Shown here: positions 25,335 through 35,751 of the stretch, piece by piece | How the letters are laid out: each line of letters opens with the position of its first letter | How positions within the stretch are numbered: the first letter of the stretch is position 1 | Source: Stegostoma tigrinum | Lineage: Eukaryota | Direction of reading: 5' to 3' | DNA length: 64,000 bases | NCBI RefSeq assembly: GCF_030684315.1 | Contig: NC_081360.1 | Coordinates: 11,140,599-11,204,598, forward strand | Position numbers and translations under genes: made by a program | The notes under the pieces: model-generated | What the model was told of the DNA's origin: nothing | What the model saw: the letters and a program-made list of their open reading frames with translations, nothing else | Database searches by the model: none

Positions 25335-25674
25335 AGCTTTTGTGCTCCTGAGATGCTGCTTGGCCTGCTGTGTTCATCCAGCCTCACATTTTATTATCTC
25401 CAAATTTGTAATGTGTTTTATTGTTTTATTGTAGTTTTCCTTTGAATTTATTGTACTGTCCAATTTTTTGACATGGCATATTTTGAAGCATACTTCCACA
25501 TCCCAAGTTCAAATCTTCTGTGTAAATTTTGTACAACTATGTTCTCAACACTGATTCCTGTGAAACACCACTTCTACATTCCATCAATTTGAATAAATAC
25601 ACTTGACTTCTACTCTCTGATTTCTGTTTTGTAACCATCTTTCTGTTTTTTCTTCTACTTATCCTTGAATCCAT

Positions 25675-25745
25675 ACGCTCTGAGGATCGGTGTGGACTTG
25701 TTGGGCCGAAGGGCCTGTTTCCACACCGTAGAGATTCTATGATAA
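25675..25745 (+). mobile_element. HE1/V-SINE (CR1-derived) 3' tail fragment
   Basis: gatcggtgtggacttgttgggccgaagggcctgtttccacaccgtagagattctatgat matches ~31273-31345. Confidence 0.75.
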
Positions 25746-25809
25746 ATGATGACATGCCCAAATTAGTAAAATCCCCCAGTTGTCACTGAGGCAAAGATAG
25801 AAAGCTGGT

Positions 25810-26100
25810 CAAAAGCTTTCTGAACAGTTAGATTTCCAGGAGCATCTAAAAGGACAAAAGAGTGGAGAGATTGAAGGAGGGAGTCCTGGAGCTTAGAGCC
25901 TCGGCAGCTAAAGGCACAATTACCAATGTGCAGCAAAGAAAGTTATGCTGTTTGAAGGAGTGCTGAGATCTTGGATTTATATAGGGCTGAATCATGTTAT
26001 GGAGACAAGAAAGGAGAGGTCATGGAGTAAGCTAAAAACAGGTTGTTTTTTTTTCAGAATTGAGATATTGCCAAACCAAGAATGGAAGAGCAGGCTGAGC
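25810..26100 (-). mobile_element. L2-like LINE fragment
   Basis: ggagcatctaaaagga...gagggagtcctggagcttagagcctcggcagctaaaggcac is similar to 7200-7450. Confidence 0.5.
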
Positions 26101-26119
26101 AGAATTATTGTAAATTCTG

Positions 26120-26228
26120 AGATAGTAAGAACTGCTGCATTTTGGAAGTAGGGTCCCGACCCAAAACGTTAGCTTTCCTGCTCCTCTGATACTGCCTAGC
26201 CTGCTGTGTTCCTCCAGCTCCACACTTG
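26120..26228 (+). mobile_element. 109-bp ORF-less PLE pLTR mini-element
   Basis: Inverted tail stub (gagatagtaagaactgctg) plus pLTR with a degenerate hammerhead (gggtcccgacccaaaacgtt). Perfect 15-bp flanking repeat ttattgtaaattctg at 26105-26119 and 26229-26243. Confidence 0.82.
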
Positions 26229-27589
26229 TTATTGTAAATTCTGGTTGTCTTCCCAGAATTGAAATATTCACACTTAAGGCATGGAAAGATCTTTATTTAA
26301 ATCTTACATGCCACTCTACTTGGCAGGAGAATGGTTAGGCTGGTATCATGTTACATTCTTCAGTGCAACCTTGTAAATGTGTCCCAACTAGAACACCTAG
26401 CTCACATGCAATTAGTTCCAGCTCTATACACACACTACAAAATTATGTACATTGACATAGTAAAAGTGCGGATATGGAGTTGAACTTATAACTTTCTGAC
26501 TCAGAATACTGTTGCTGAACCATAACTTACATATCTTCATTAATCTACAGGATTGTTTGTGCAGTTCCTGACTCGGGAACGTAGTCTCTTCAGTCAGCTC
26601 CCAATTTTTAGTTCACAAATCTTCCCAATTGTCAGTTCTTTCTGTGTGCTGGCTGTTCCTGCAGTTGAAGATATATTCTGTTCAGTTGCTTTCACTTTGT
26701 TTCTTTTCCTTGCCTTCAGCTCCTGTAGAAATAACAAAGCAGAGAATTACACAGTATTTATTGATTTATTTTCCTTTCAATTATTTCACACTACAAATGT
26801 CAGAAAGCCACAAAATTTTTAGTCTGTTTCAACATCAACATTAATTGTGCAGAAATCAACAGTACAGGCTCTCTCAAGCCTCCTTGCCCTGCCACTCCAC
26901 AGAATGAGATTCTTGTATCTCTGTAACATCTCCCTCAACAGAAAAATGTCTGCTGTTCGTTATTCTGTAACTTGGTGTTCACACGAATTATGTGCTATTC
27001 TTCCTGCATGAGAACAGGAAGCTTGTTATTTTCTAGCAGAGAGAAATTGATTTGACAACTATTAGAGATTGCTCACCATTTTCTTTTATGTGACATCCAT
27101 GGAGAGGATAAGGCTTCAAAGAGCATTTTGTATTATAGAATTTTACAGCTAAATATTTGACTTCCTCCATGTGAAGGACTCTCAACACCCTGGAAACTTT
27201 GCTTCACAGAGCTGTGCACTTTTGTGTATGGCTTCTCTTTTAAGTTAATATCAGTCTGCCTTCTGCAAAGTGCATAGAACAGAAAAGTATCAGCCTGCTA
27301 CAGACAAACTTGCTTTTGCTCATCGCATGAGATCATTAAACTTATTTCAGTACTGAATGTGGTTCCTGTACATGATGGTTGCTAGTCACTTCTTCTGCTA
27401 TTGTTCTGACTTCTGCCAAGTGTCTTGCCTTTCATCCTGTGCCTGACTTGAATTATGATTTTCTGAAAGATTTGCTGATCACCTTTACTTTATTCCTATT
27501 GGAACCTTTTCTTAAGCATGCTGACGACTGATTCTACTTTGAGTCATTAAGGTTTAAAGTGTTCATTCGGATTCTTGGAAGTACTCCTT

Positions 27590-27800
27590 TCAGAGTCAGC
27601 TCTAACTCAATTGTAGCACTTTAACTCTAAGTCAGAAGGTTGAGGACATGAGCCCCTTACCATAACCTGAAGCATAATATTTTAGCTAACAATCTGCAGT
27701 ACTGAGGGAATGCTGCATTGTCAAAAGTGTCTCTTTTGGATGGGACTTCAAACATAGGTCTTGTCTGCCCTCATGAAAGATCTCATGATGGAAGCCAGTC
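27590..27800 (+). mobile_element. DeuSINE-like SINE 5' fragment
   Basis: tRNA-like head (gtagcactttaactctaagtcagaaggttg) and gcagtactgagggaatgctgcattgtc, as in 43420 and 56390. Confidence 0.55.
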
Positions 27801-27994
27801 TCAAAGTCTTGTAGGCACCCCCTAGCAGTTCTCGGTAGTACGTCTTTTTAGGTGATGCTGTCTGTCCAAGTCATGCACAGGATCTTATGCAGGCAGCACT
27901 GGTGACAGACATTCTACCTATTTCACATGTTGCTGTTCTTTTCTATGTCTCTGTAGCATAGTCTGCAGTTGGTAGTACTATAGACATGCAGAAT

Positions 27995-28400
27995 CAAAGA
28001 TTCAGGGCTGTGTTGATGCTGTTGGTTTCCCACACTGTGTAAAGTTCCTGGACAAGTATCACTGTTTTGCCAATTCTTGTATGAACATTGAGACATGTTG
28101 AGAAAGTAGTTACTAAAGCATAGTCTATAAACTTTATTAATGGGGAAAGTACAAGGGCAAGGAGCTTATGCCAATGAGACAGTACTTTAAGCTCAGTTGG
28201 ACGATTGCACTCAGTCCTGCTGACAAAACTTGGAAACGATGTGAAGGCATTGAAGAGACAATTGAAAGAATTCAAGATAATGGTTCCTGGGTGAAGAACT
28301 TTAGATAACAGCGTTGATTGTTGATGCTGGGACTGTATTCCTTGGAGAAGAGAAGGCTGAGAAGAGCTTTAATTGAAGTATACAACATCCTGAGAGGTCT
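27995..28400 (+). mobile_element. Old CR1 fragment
   Basis: LGLYSLEKRRLRRALIEVYNILRGL and a DVKALKR motif. Confidence 0.65.
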
Positions 28401-28846
28401 GCCCCCTCATATCCCTCATATTATTCATGATCCTTTGCCCCATGCAAGTAAAACATGTACTCTCCAAAACCACCCAGACAGTACCTGCTGTGGTCAAACA
28501 TCAGGAGCCCTGTGCTTAACACGCAATTGAAAAAAAAGTCTCTCTATCAATCTAATAAAGTGGTACCTCAAACACACAACTAATTCTCCTGAGAAATAAA
28601 ACTCCAGAATCATTGAAAAGACTCAACCCCTCAAGTGGCCAATTGGTTGTAATATTGAACAGTAACCACATCAATCCGTTATGGACAATCCATTACTAAC
28701 TTCTTAAATCAGTTAATCAAACTATGAAAACAACCCCTTTTTGAGACAAATGGTTTCCTAGCTTTTGAAACTTGGCAAAGCATTCATAATGGGTTCAACT
28801 GTCAAAGGAAAAAGAGCCTATTTGAAGTGAACTGATAGCTGGCTTA

Positions 28847-29067
28847 AAACAGAAAAAAAGTTGCTGGAAAAGCTCAGCAGGTCTGGCAGCATCTGTGGAG
28901 GAGAAAACAGAGTTAACGTTTCGGGTCTAGTGACCATTCCTCAGGACACCAGACCCGAAACATTAACTTTGTTTTCTCCTCCACAGATGCTGCCAGACCT
29001 GCTGAACTTTTCCAGCAATTTTGTTTTTGTTCATGATTTACAGCATCCACAGTTCTTTTGGTTTTTA
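28847..29067. mobile_element. Fold-back PLE pLTR mini-element (second pLTR family)
   Basis: Inverted arms 28861-28928 / 28951-29018 (~68 bp, few mismatches). Hammerhead-like CTGAGGA-A-TGGTC-ACTA-GACCC-GAAA-CGTT on - at 28915-28944. TSD gatagctggctta (28834-28846) / gacagctggctta (29068-29080). Confidence 0.88.
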
Positions 29068-29749
29068 GACAGCTGGCTTAGTTTTTCCAACATACACCAG
29101 ATTGCTTTGACTGGCAGGTGATCAGAAAAATTGTACCTTGTTTTGTTGTGAAAGCTGTGGTTTGATTTGTTTGCAAGTTTTAATAACTTTAGATCATAAC
29201 ACAGAAGTCCCCAAGCTCTACTTTATTCTATTTGAATGCGAAGCACTTTTGCAAATGGTAAAAGTACTCTTATGCACCTCAACACTTACTTACACAGTGC
29301 TGGTCAATATAATGATCAACTTACCTCAAGTGACTTTTCAGCAGCCTTCCAAATTTTGCCCAACCTGATGAAAATATGGGAGGACAGAAAAAAGTTATTA
29401 AATTTTCCCTAGGCTTGTTAATAGCGATCATGACAACGCAGGATGTGCTTGTTGGGTCATGACTTCATTCAAGCCTCTTCATGGAAATTTTATTTGGACG
29501 CATTTTACATGGGAAATCTAAATTTTCAGTGAAGGGAACAACATTTTGTGACTCCAGGAGAACACAAAAATCCAACCAAGAGGATAAGTATTCACATGCG
29601 TGCTGAATATGTCTAGTTGTTTCTCATTGTATTTCTGTCAATGTATCACACACTGTCAGATTGTCTAACATTACTATAGATAAGTCACAATTTCCTCCAA
29701 GTAAACATCTGTAAAATTGACTCCATTGAATCCTTTGCTATGATTCTGC

Positions 29750-30050
29750 TACTTCACTGGGGTCTCCTTCCTTGCCATTGACCCAGGTTGAAGCAGATTG
29801 TATTGAACTAGAGTGACTTGTTTCAGTCTGAGGTGAAGTTCCATCTGCACATTCTTTCCATTCTCGCACTGCTTCCTTATACTGTTGCAATGTAGTCTAT
29901 CTCTACCTCCACCTCAGCTCACCACTGTGGAATTACTTGTTCAAACTTTTCCTTACTTAATTCCACTTTTCCTTTGTGCTTCTATCTAGCCTGCCCTCCC
30001 ACAACCTCGGCAAATTCAAACTCATCTAATGTTCAGCCATGTGTACCATG
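29750..30050 (+). mobile_element. L2-like LINE fragment, highly decayed
   Basis: ctccacctcagctccaccactg...aaattcaaactcatctaatgttcagcc resembles the L2 post-RT region also seen at 49880-50210. Confidence 0.35.
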
Positions 30051-30270
30051 ACATGAAAGTGGGAAGCAGACAAAAGGAACAGACCAATAATTATTTGAAG
30101 AAAATAATAAGAGCAGAATAAAGTGATGGTATTATACATCATGCCTGATACGTATTCCGATGCAAATATTCTCCTTTAATTCATTGAGGTGTAAAAGATG
30201 GCATAGAGTTGAAGAATAAAATTATTCCCAAAATAAAAACGGATAATGCTGAAATACTCAGCTGGACAGG

Positions 30271-30615
30271 CAATGGCCCAGTGGTATTATTGCTAGATAA
30301 TTAATCCAGAAACTCAGCATTATCCGAGGGCCTGGATTCAAATCCTGTCATGGCAGATGGTGAAATTTGAATTCAATAAAAGTCTGGAATTAAGAGTCTA
30401 GTAATGATCATGAATCTGTTGTTGATTGTTGGAAAAACCTATCTGGTTCAGTAATGACCTATAGGGAAGCAAATCTGCCGTCCCTGCATGGTCTGGGCTT
30501 CTTGTGACTCAGACCTGCAATGACATAATTGACTCTTAACTGCACTCTGGGCAATTAGGGATGGGCAGTAAATGCTACCTGAGCCAGAGTCACCAACATA
30601 CTGTGAATGATTTTT
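30271..30615 (+). mobile_element. tRNA-derived SINE, MetaSINE-like
   Basis: A/B-box-like head (ggcccagtggtatt...ggattcaaatcc) and central gggaagcaaatctgccgtccctgcatggtctgg..gtgactcagacc..ttgactcttaactgcactct. Homologous to 41385-41825. Confidence 0.7.
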
Positions 30616-30878
30616 TTTTGAAACGATTGCCGACTGAAATATTAACTGAATGTACTACCACTTCTTGAATGTGCCATTGATCTTTAACCACAGGAGGTTC
30701 CTGCATGTCTGCACCTGTTATGCTAGCAATTGCTAAAACTCATTTATTTTATGTGAATCAGGGCTGCAGAGACTAACCTCACCTGTAAGGAAGATACTAG
30801 AAGAAAAGAAGGTGATGCTTATGCCAATGCATCGACTGTAGAGGTGCCCAGTGAAGGAACATTAAGCCCCACTTTCAT

Positions 30879-31345
30879 GGGGCGGCGCGGTGGCTCAGTG
30901 GTTAGCACTGCTGCTTCACAGCACCAGGGCTGTAGGTATGATTCCACCCTCAGGCGACTGTCTGTGTGGAGTTTGCACATTCTCCCTGTGTCTGCATGGG
31001 TTTCCTCCGGGTGCTCCGGTTTACTGCCAAAGTCCAAAAATGTGCAGGCTAGGTAGATTGGCCATGCTAAATTGTTAAATGAATCTGATCACCTGCCAGT
31101 CAAAGCAATCTGGTGTAGGTTGGAAAAACCAAGCCAGCTATCTGTCCACTTCAAATAGACTCTTTTTCTTTTGATAGCTGAATCCATTATGAATGTTTTG
31201 CTGAGTTTCAAATTTCAGGGATGTGTAGATTAGATAGGTTATAGTGAGATGGGTCTGGGTAGGATGCTGCAAGGATCGGTGTGGACTTGTTGGGTCGAAG
31301 GACCTGTTTCCACACTGTAGGGATTTCTACGATGTTCTATGATGA
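30879..31345 (+). mobile_element. HE1/V-SINE-like SINE carrying a 129-bp foreign insert (31084-31212)
   Basis: tRNA head ggcggcgcggtggctcagtggttagcactgctgc, V domain tgtgtggagtttgcacattctccctgtgtctgcatgggtttcctccgggtgctccggttt, CR1-type tail. Confidence 0.9.
31084..31212 (-). repeat. Inverted local copy of 28764-28846 joined to 29081-29126
   Basis: The reverse complement aligns without gaps to both flanks of the 28847-29067 element and has one copy of the TSD. Confidence 0.92.
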
Positions 31346-32457
31346 TGTAAGCAGGATAATTTCAGCAGCCCAATGGACTGCTTAGGTACTGCAAGTGGTG
31401 ATCAACACCATGCACAATTCAGGATTTCCCAATTAATTGTCACATACTCCGTAACTTGGTTCAGAGAAGGGGTCTGACACTGGACCTGGAAAAATTCAAG
31501 GAAGGGAGCCTTTCCTATTCTGTGGAGCAGTAGGGGAAGAAATGTAGGAAGTCATTGTGGCCAGAAGCGTGCTCACTCAACACTGTTTTACATGTTGGTG
31601 ATGTTGCAAGAGTGTGAAGCAAGACTTGAAAGGGAGAGGAGGGAATTGCAGGCAACAAGAGTAGGACATGAGAATATCACACATTCAACCACATCACCCT
31701 TAAGAAATGGAATCTGGATGCTGCATAAAGGTAACAGGTGAGAAATTATGACATTTCACCCCATATAGACTGCAAAATTCTGTAAATATATCATAAATAG
31801 TTAAAATATTTTAAAATAAATATTTTTGTTTCGATGTATGCATGTCTTGTATATTGGCAATGTACCTGGGAAGACTATACTATAGCAATTGGCCTCATTA
31901 TAGGAGCTGTTGGATCCTACTTTGTGACTGTGCTACATGCATTTCAGCAGGGGTATTGCCCTCATTTGGATCATCCAACAGTTGATTCAACAAGCTGAGG
32001 GGCCAAAGAGTTAACAAAGGTGAGATTCCCTCAAAGTGCAGCAACCTCTCACCAATTGTTTAGATTGACCAGAATATAATGTGTTGTCCCAAGAGCTGCA
32101 GATGTTGATTTACTCTGTTGATTGGAAGGCTGTTGGGTGCTTCAAAATAATGGCAACAGCATAGCTGTTCTCATTCCAGCTGAGATAGAATTGTGGTCAT
32201 CTTCATTCTTCATGTGAAGTAGTGTCCGTCAAACTTGGACATTTAAACATTAGTCCCTCTCTTTCATTAGGGGGATACCTATGACCCATGATGGACTGTG
32301 ACAAATTACTTACCTACTCAATGATTGGACCTGGTGAATTCCAACGGTGCAGCTACCATCCCCTCTAGCTACTGATATGGTACCCAAATGTGTTCTTATT
32401 CAGGGTACTTAGCACTTGTCACATTACTGAGCTGAAGCCAGTGCCACTGGGAGATCA

Positions 32458-32570
32458 CAGAATCCCTCCAGGTAGAGGTCATTTCAGGCCATCGAGTCTG
32501 CATCTACCTTCTGAAGAGCATACCTGGCACTGTGAGGCAGCAGTGCTAACCACTGTGCCACCATGCCGCC
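32458..32570 (-). mobile_element. Internally deleted V-SINE (head joined to tail)
   Basis: cctggcactgtgaggcagcagtgctaaccactgtgccaccatgccgcc (head, reverse complement) adjacent to acagaatccctccagg..catttcaggccatcgagtctgca (tail). Confidence 0.7.
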
Positions 32571-33269
32571 TTTTTCCTGTGCAGGAGTTTAAACACTTCT
32601 CACTTGTGACCATGCATTCCATTATCGAACATGGAGATGAGACATGATCACCACAGATTCCTTCATGCATGATGCATAAACTCACAATGCCTTGGAGAAG
32701 TCAGATATATGGTGACTTACCTGCTGTTTTGGTTTCAAATAATCAGTCCCAAAGGGAAACTCCTCAGACTCTATCTAACCTCCTAGAAGGCACCCCTCCA
32801 GTTATCATCTATCCCTCAGGAGTAATGATGTACAGAAGCCTCTACTTTTAATAACTCATTCTTCACACTGGTGCTGTGTTTGTCAATCAAAACTCTCCAC
32901 TCCATAACCTCATTCATACCACCACACTGTTTCCTTTTGTGACTACAACTTCAGAAAATGGTTACAGTGCATCCTTAGACACGTGTCTGCTTCTTAAATC
33001 CAAGGTCTGACTCTTATCAGGGGACAGCTAAGGGGCCTATGAGAGAAACGTAGCCCAGTCATGAGAGGAAGTCTGCATTACTGTTCCAAACCTTTCTTGT
33101 TACTCATCCTAGTGTTCCATGTAACCTCCATAGTTAAATACAGATTTAACTTAGAATTACACAATATTATTACTGCCCAAGATGTCATTTACAACTCTCC
33201 CGTGGTCCTGTTAGAACTGCGGCTCCTTTGTAGTGCAGTCAATGCTATGACTACCTATTACTGAGAACG

Positions 33270-33412
33270 GGTCTCCCTATCATATTCATGTTTCTTGAAC
33301 AGCATGCAGATGATCACAAGGCATTTTCCTTCACAAGTTTGACTTCTGGTAGATTTGGACCCTCATCTCTGGTCTTACACAATACACAGGCACTGTGGGT
33401 CCTCTTCTCCTA
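33270..33412 (-). mobile_element. Probable Harbinger Myb/SANT-like gene exon remnant
   Basis: Acceptor ctttccctcctatccttttag followed by EKRTHSACVLCKTRDEGPNL, resembling the EK.AHN.RER..TGGG.P exon of Harbinger Myb-like proteins. Confidence 0.4.
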
Positions 33413-33519
33413 AAAGGATAGGAGGGAAAGATGAGGTGATTGCTGATCAAACTACGTAGTTAAATATTGCTCTTGGAGACATTCAATTTAGGTTAATTGA
33501 AATTGTCCTTTACCATTTA

Positions 33520-33880
33520 CGGGTGGCACAATGGCGTGATGGTTAGCATTGCTGCCTCACAGCGCCAGCAACCTGCATTCAGTTCCAGACTTGGGTGACC
33601 ATGTGGAGATTGCACATGCTCCTCCTATCCGTGTGGGTTTACTCTAGGTGCTCACAGTCCAAAGATTTGCAGGTTAGAAGAATTGGTCATACTAAATTGC
33701 CCCATTTTGAACAAGAATGTGCAGGCTAGGTGGATTAGTCATGGTGAAGGTAGGGTTGCACGGATAGGGTCGCACAGATAGGTTCAGGGGCTGGGTCTGG
33801 GTGAGGTGCTGTTCGGATGGTCAGTGCAGATTTGTTGGGCTGAATGTCCTCTATCTGGACTGTAGGGAATCTGTGATTCT
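33520..33880 (+). mobile_element. HE1/V-SINE-like SINE, older copy
   Basis: gggtggcacaatggcgtgatggttagcattgctgcctcacagcgccag head, V domain, tail ctgtagggaatctgtgatt. Confidence 0.85.
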
Positions 33881-33949
33881 CGGTAAACTTCAGAATAAGT
33901 CACATGGTCTGTGTTTAACCCTAAATTAAAGACAATTGCAAAATGTAAC

Positions 33950-34890
33950 AATTTCACAAACATCCTCACCTGTAACAAGGAGAAGCAGAACCAGCAGCAG
34001 CAGCTTTCTCTTCACCAAACTGCTGTTCAGAAGACTGAGGGGCTTAGCACAGAGTTCCAGCTCACAGAATGTGTTATTCCCACAAAAGGGTTTACAGGGA
34101 ATTGATAAGCTTTCTGAACATGACTGAGCAACAATGCCTCAAGGAAAATGATCTTCTGCAAAGTGATCAGTGGACATTCACTACCAGTAGCTGTTGAAGT
34201 CACCACAGTTCAAAATGTATTTGTTTCTGGCTCCTTGCAGAGATCAGCAAATAACCTGTAGAATCTTACAACCTGTTGCTCAGAGGGGTCTTCAGTGCAC
34301 TTCTCAACTACTGAGACAGGTCAGAAAGAGGAAATGCTGCTTTGCTACTCAGGCTCATTTCCCACAAGTCCTGGGAGTCATCAACTGCACACATGGTCCT
34401 CCCACAGTTCTCATGAACTGAAAGGGCTTCCACTACATCAATGTACAGCTTGTAAGCAACCGCAAGAAGATCATCTTGCATGTCCATGCAAGATTTCGAG
34501 AGAGCTATCATAATGTTTACATCCTGCACTGGTTAAGTCTCTCTGAGATAGTCACATCTCCAAGCAGTTAGCTGGTGACTCTTCATGACAACGCTGACAT
34601 CACCTGTCGGGAGCTCAAACAACCTTGTCCAAGAAAAATACAGTAGATGCTACCTGACAATTAAAGCAGTGATATGCAAGTAGTCAGGATTCTGAAGATA
34701 CACTTTAGATGCCTCAGTGGTCCCAGGGATTCTTTTGACAATGCACCAGCCAGGATAATCAGAATGATGGTAATCTGCTCCATTTTGCAAGCAGCAAGAA
34801 ATAAAACTAAGTGGATGAAGCTATTCGATCGTTTGAAAGGAAGGAGGCGAAAGAAGAGCTCATTAGGAGGAAGAGGAGGGGTATGATGTG
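33950..34890 (+). pseudogene. Decayed PIF/Harbinger (HARBI1-like DDE) transposase
   Basis: Ordered motifs across frames: KRVYRELISFLNMTEQQCL; GHSLPVAVEVT..FVSGSLQ; HFPQVLGVINCTH (pattern FP.V.GAIDCTH); N*KGFHYINVQLV; HARFRESYHNVYIL (ARFPGS.HD.YIL); ILKIHFRCL; MMVICSILQ (VVVCC.LHN). Confidence 0.8.
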
Positions 34891-35304
34891 GCAAGATAAT
34901 AAACAGCGACACAATTTGCAGTCCAGGATATCTGGAATAGTCTAACTTAGACATGATTCATTTTGTCCTAGGCAGTGTAGACATCTGGCACAGATGTCTT
35001 TGTTCTTCAATACCACTATCATAAAGCAGTTGCATAATCTAAAAATCATTGCTTTTACTGACAACCGGTGTTTCTTTTCATCTTTTGTCTTATCTTCCAA
35101 CATAAGGTAGAACGTCACTTCTCAACCTGCAAGTAAAATTGAAAATGTAGCAAACTAAATTTTATTTTGCACAAAGAAGGGCAATAACTTAATATGATGA
35201 TAAGGATCCATTGTCAACAAAAATTCCTTAATCTCTTTCTAAATGTTTTTCTGTGCCACTACTCAGTGTCTTCAGTAGGAGTTGAGGCAGGCTTCTCAAA
35301 GGAA

Positions 35305-35690
35305 AATTGTTAAAATCTATAATGAGAGCACTGATAGCAAGCAGCATCAATGTGGTTTTGTGAATGGAAAATTATGTTTCACTAATTTATTAGAGCTTTT
35401 TTGAGGAAGTAACAAGTAAGGTGGGTAGTGGGGAAACCTGTAACTATGATTTCCTTAATTTCCAAAAGGCTTTTAAGGATGAATTACATCAAAAGTTACT
35501 ACATAAAGTCAAAGCTAATGATTTAGGGGATAACATTATACCATGAATAAAAATCTGCATTATTAATAGGAAACAGAGGGTAGGGGTAAATTGATTTTGT
35601 TTTTGGGTTGGCACACTGTGACAACTGGGGTGCTGTAGGGATCAGTGCTGGAATTTCAACTGTTTAAAATCTGTTTCAATGGCTTGAACT
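35305..35690 (+). mobile_element. Old CR1 RT fragment
   Basis: QCGFVNGKLCFTNLLE.FEEVT..., NRKQRVG, TGVL*GSVL. Confidence 0.75.
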
Positions 35691-35751
35691 AAGGTTCCCA
35701 ATCCACTGTTGGCATCCGCAGTGGTGAACAGATTTGAACGTTAGAATTCAG

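Larger units (their letters stand above)
24134..25399 (+). mobile_element. 5'-truncated, young PLE copy (same family as 20216-23935)
   Basis: Close reverse complement of 20216-~21450. Ends at ...cattttattatc without the tail. No clear TSD. Confidence 0.93.
20190..25670 (-). mobile_element. Old CR1 RT fragment in three pieces (25400-25670, 23936-24133, 20190-20215), split by two PLE insertions
   Basis: Rejoined on - the pieces read WLQNRNQRV...SGVSQESVL... / ...KCEVMH...TLKVA..VNKA...GIELKSREIM / LSLCRN, colinear with the CR1 at 47362-49253. Confidence 0.7.

Noticed and set aside
30879-30960. tRNA-like sequences (also ~33520, ~46340-46398, ~30271, ~16910)
   Set aside because: These are SINE heads followed by SINE bodies, with no complete cloverleaf.
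33970-34140. Minus-strand signal-peptide-like stretch (KRKLLLLVLLLLVTG) ending at a strong CAG/GTGAGG donor
   Set aside because: There is no in-frame ATG before an upstream TGA. It is the antisense of the Gln/Glu-rich N-terminus of the Harbinger transposase remnant.
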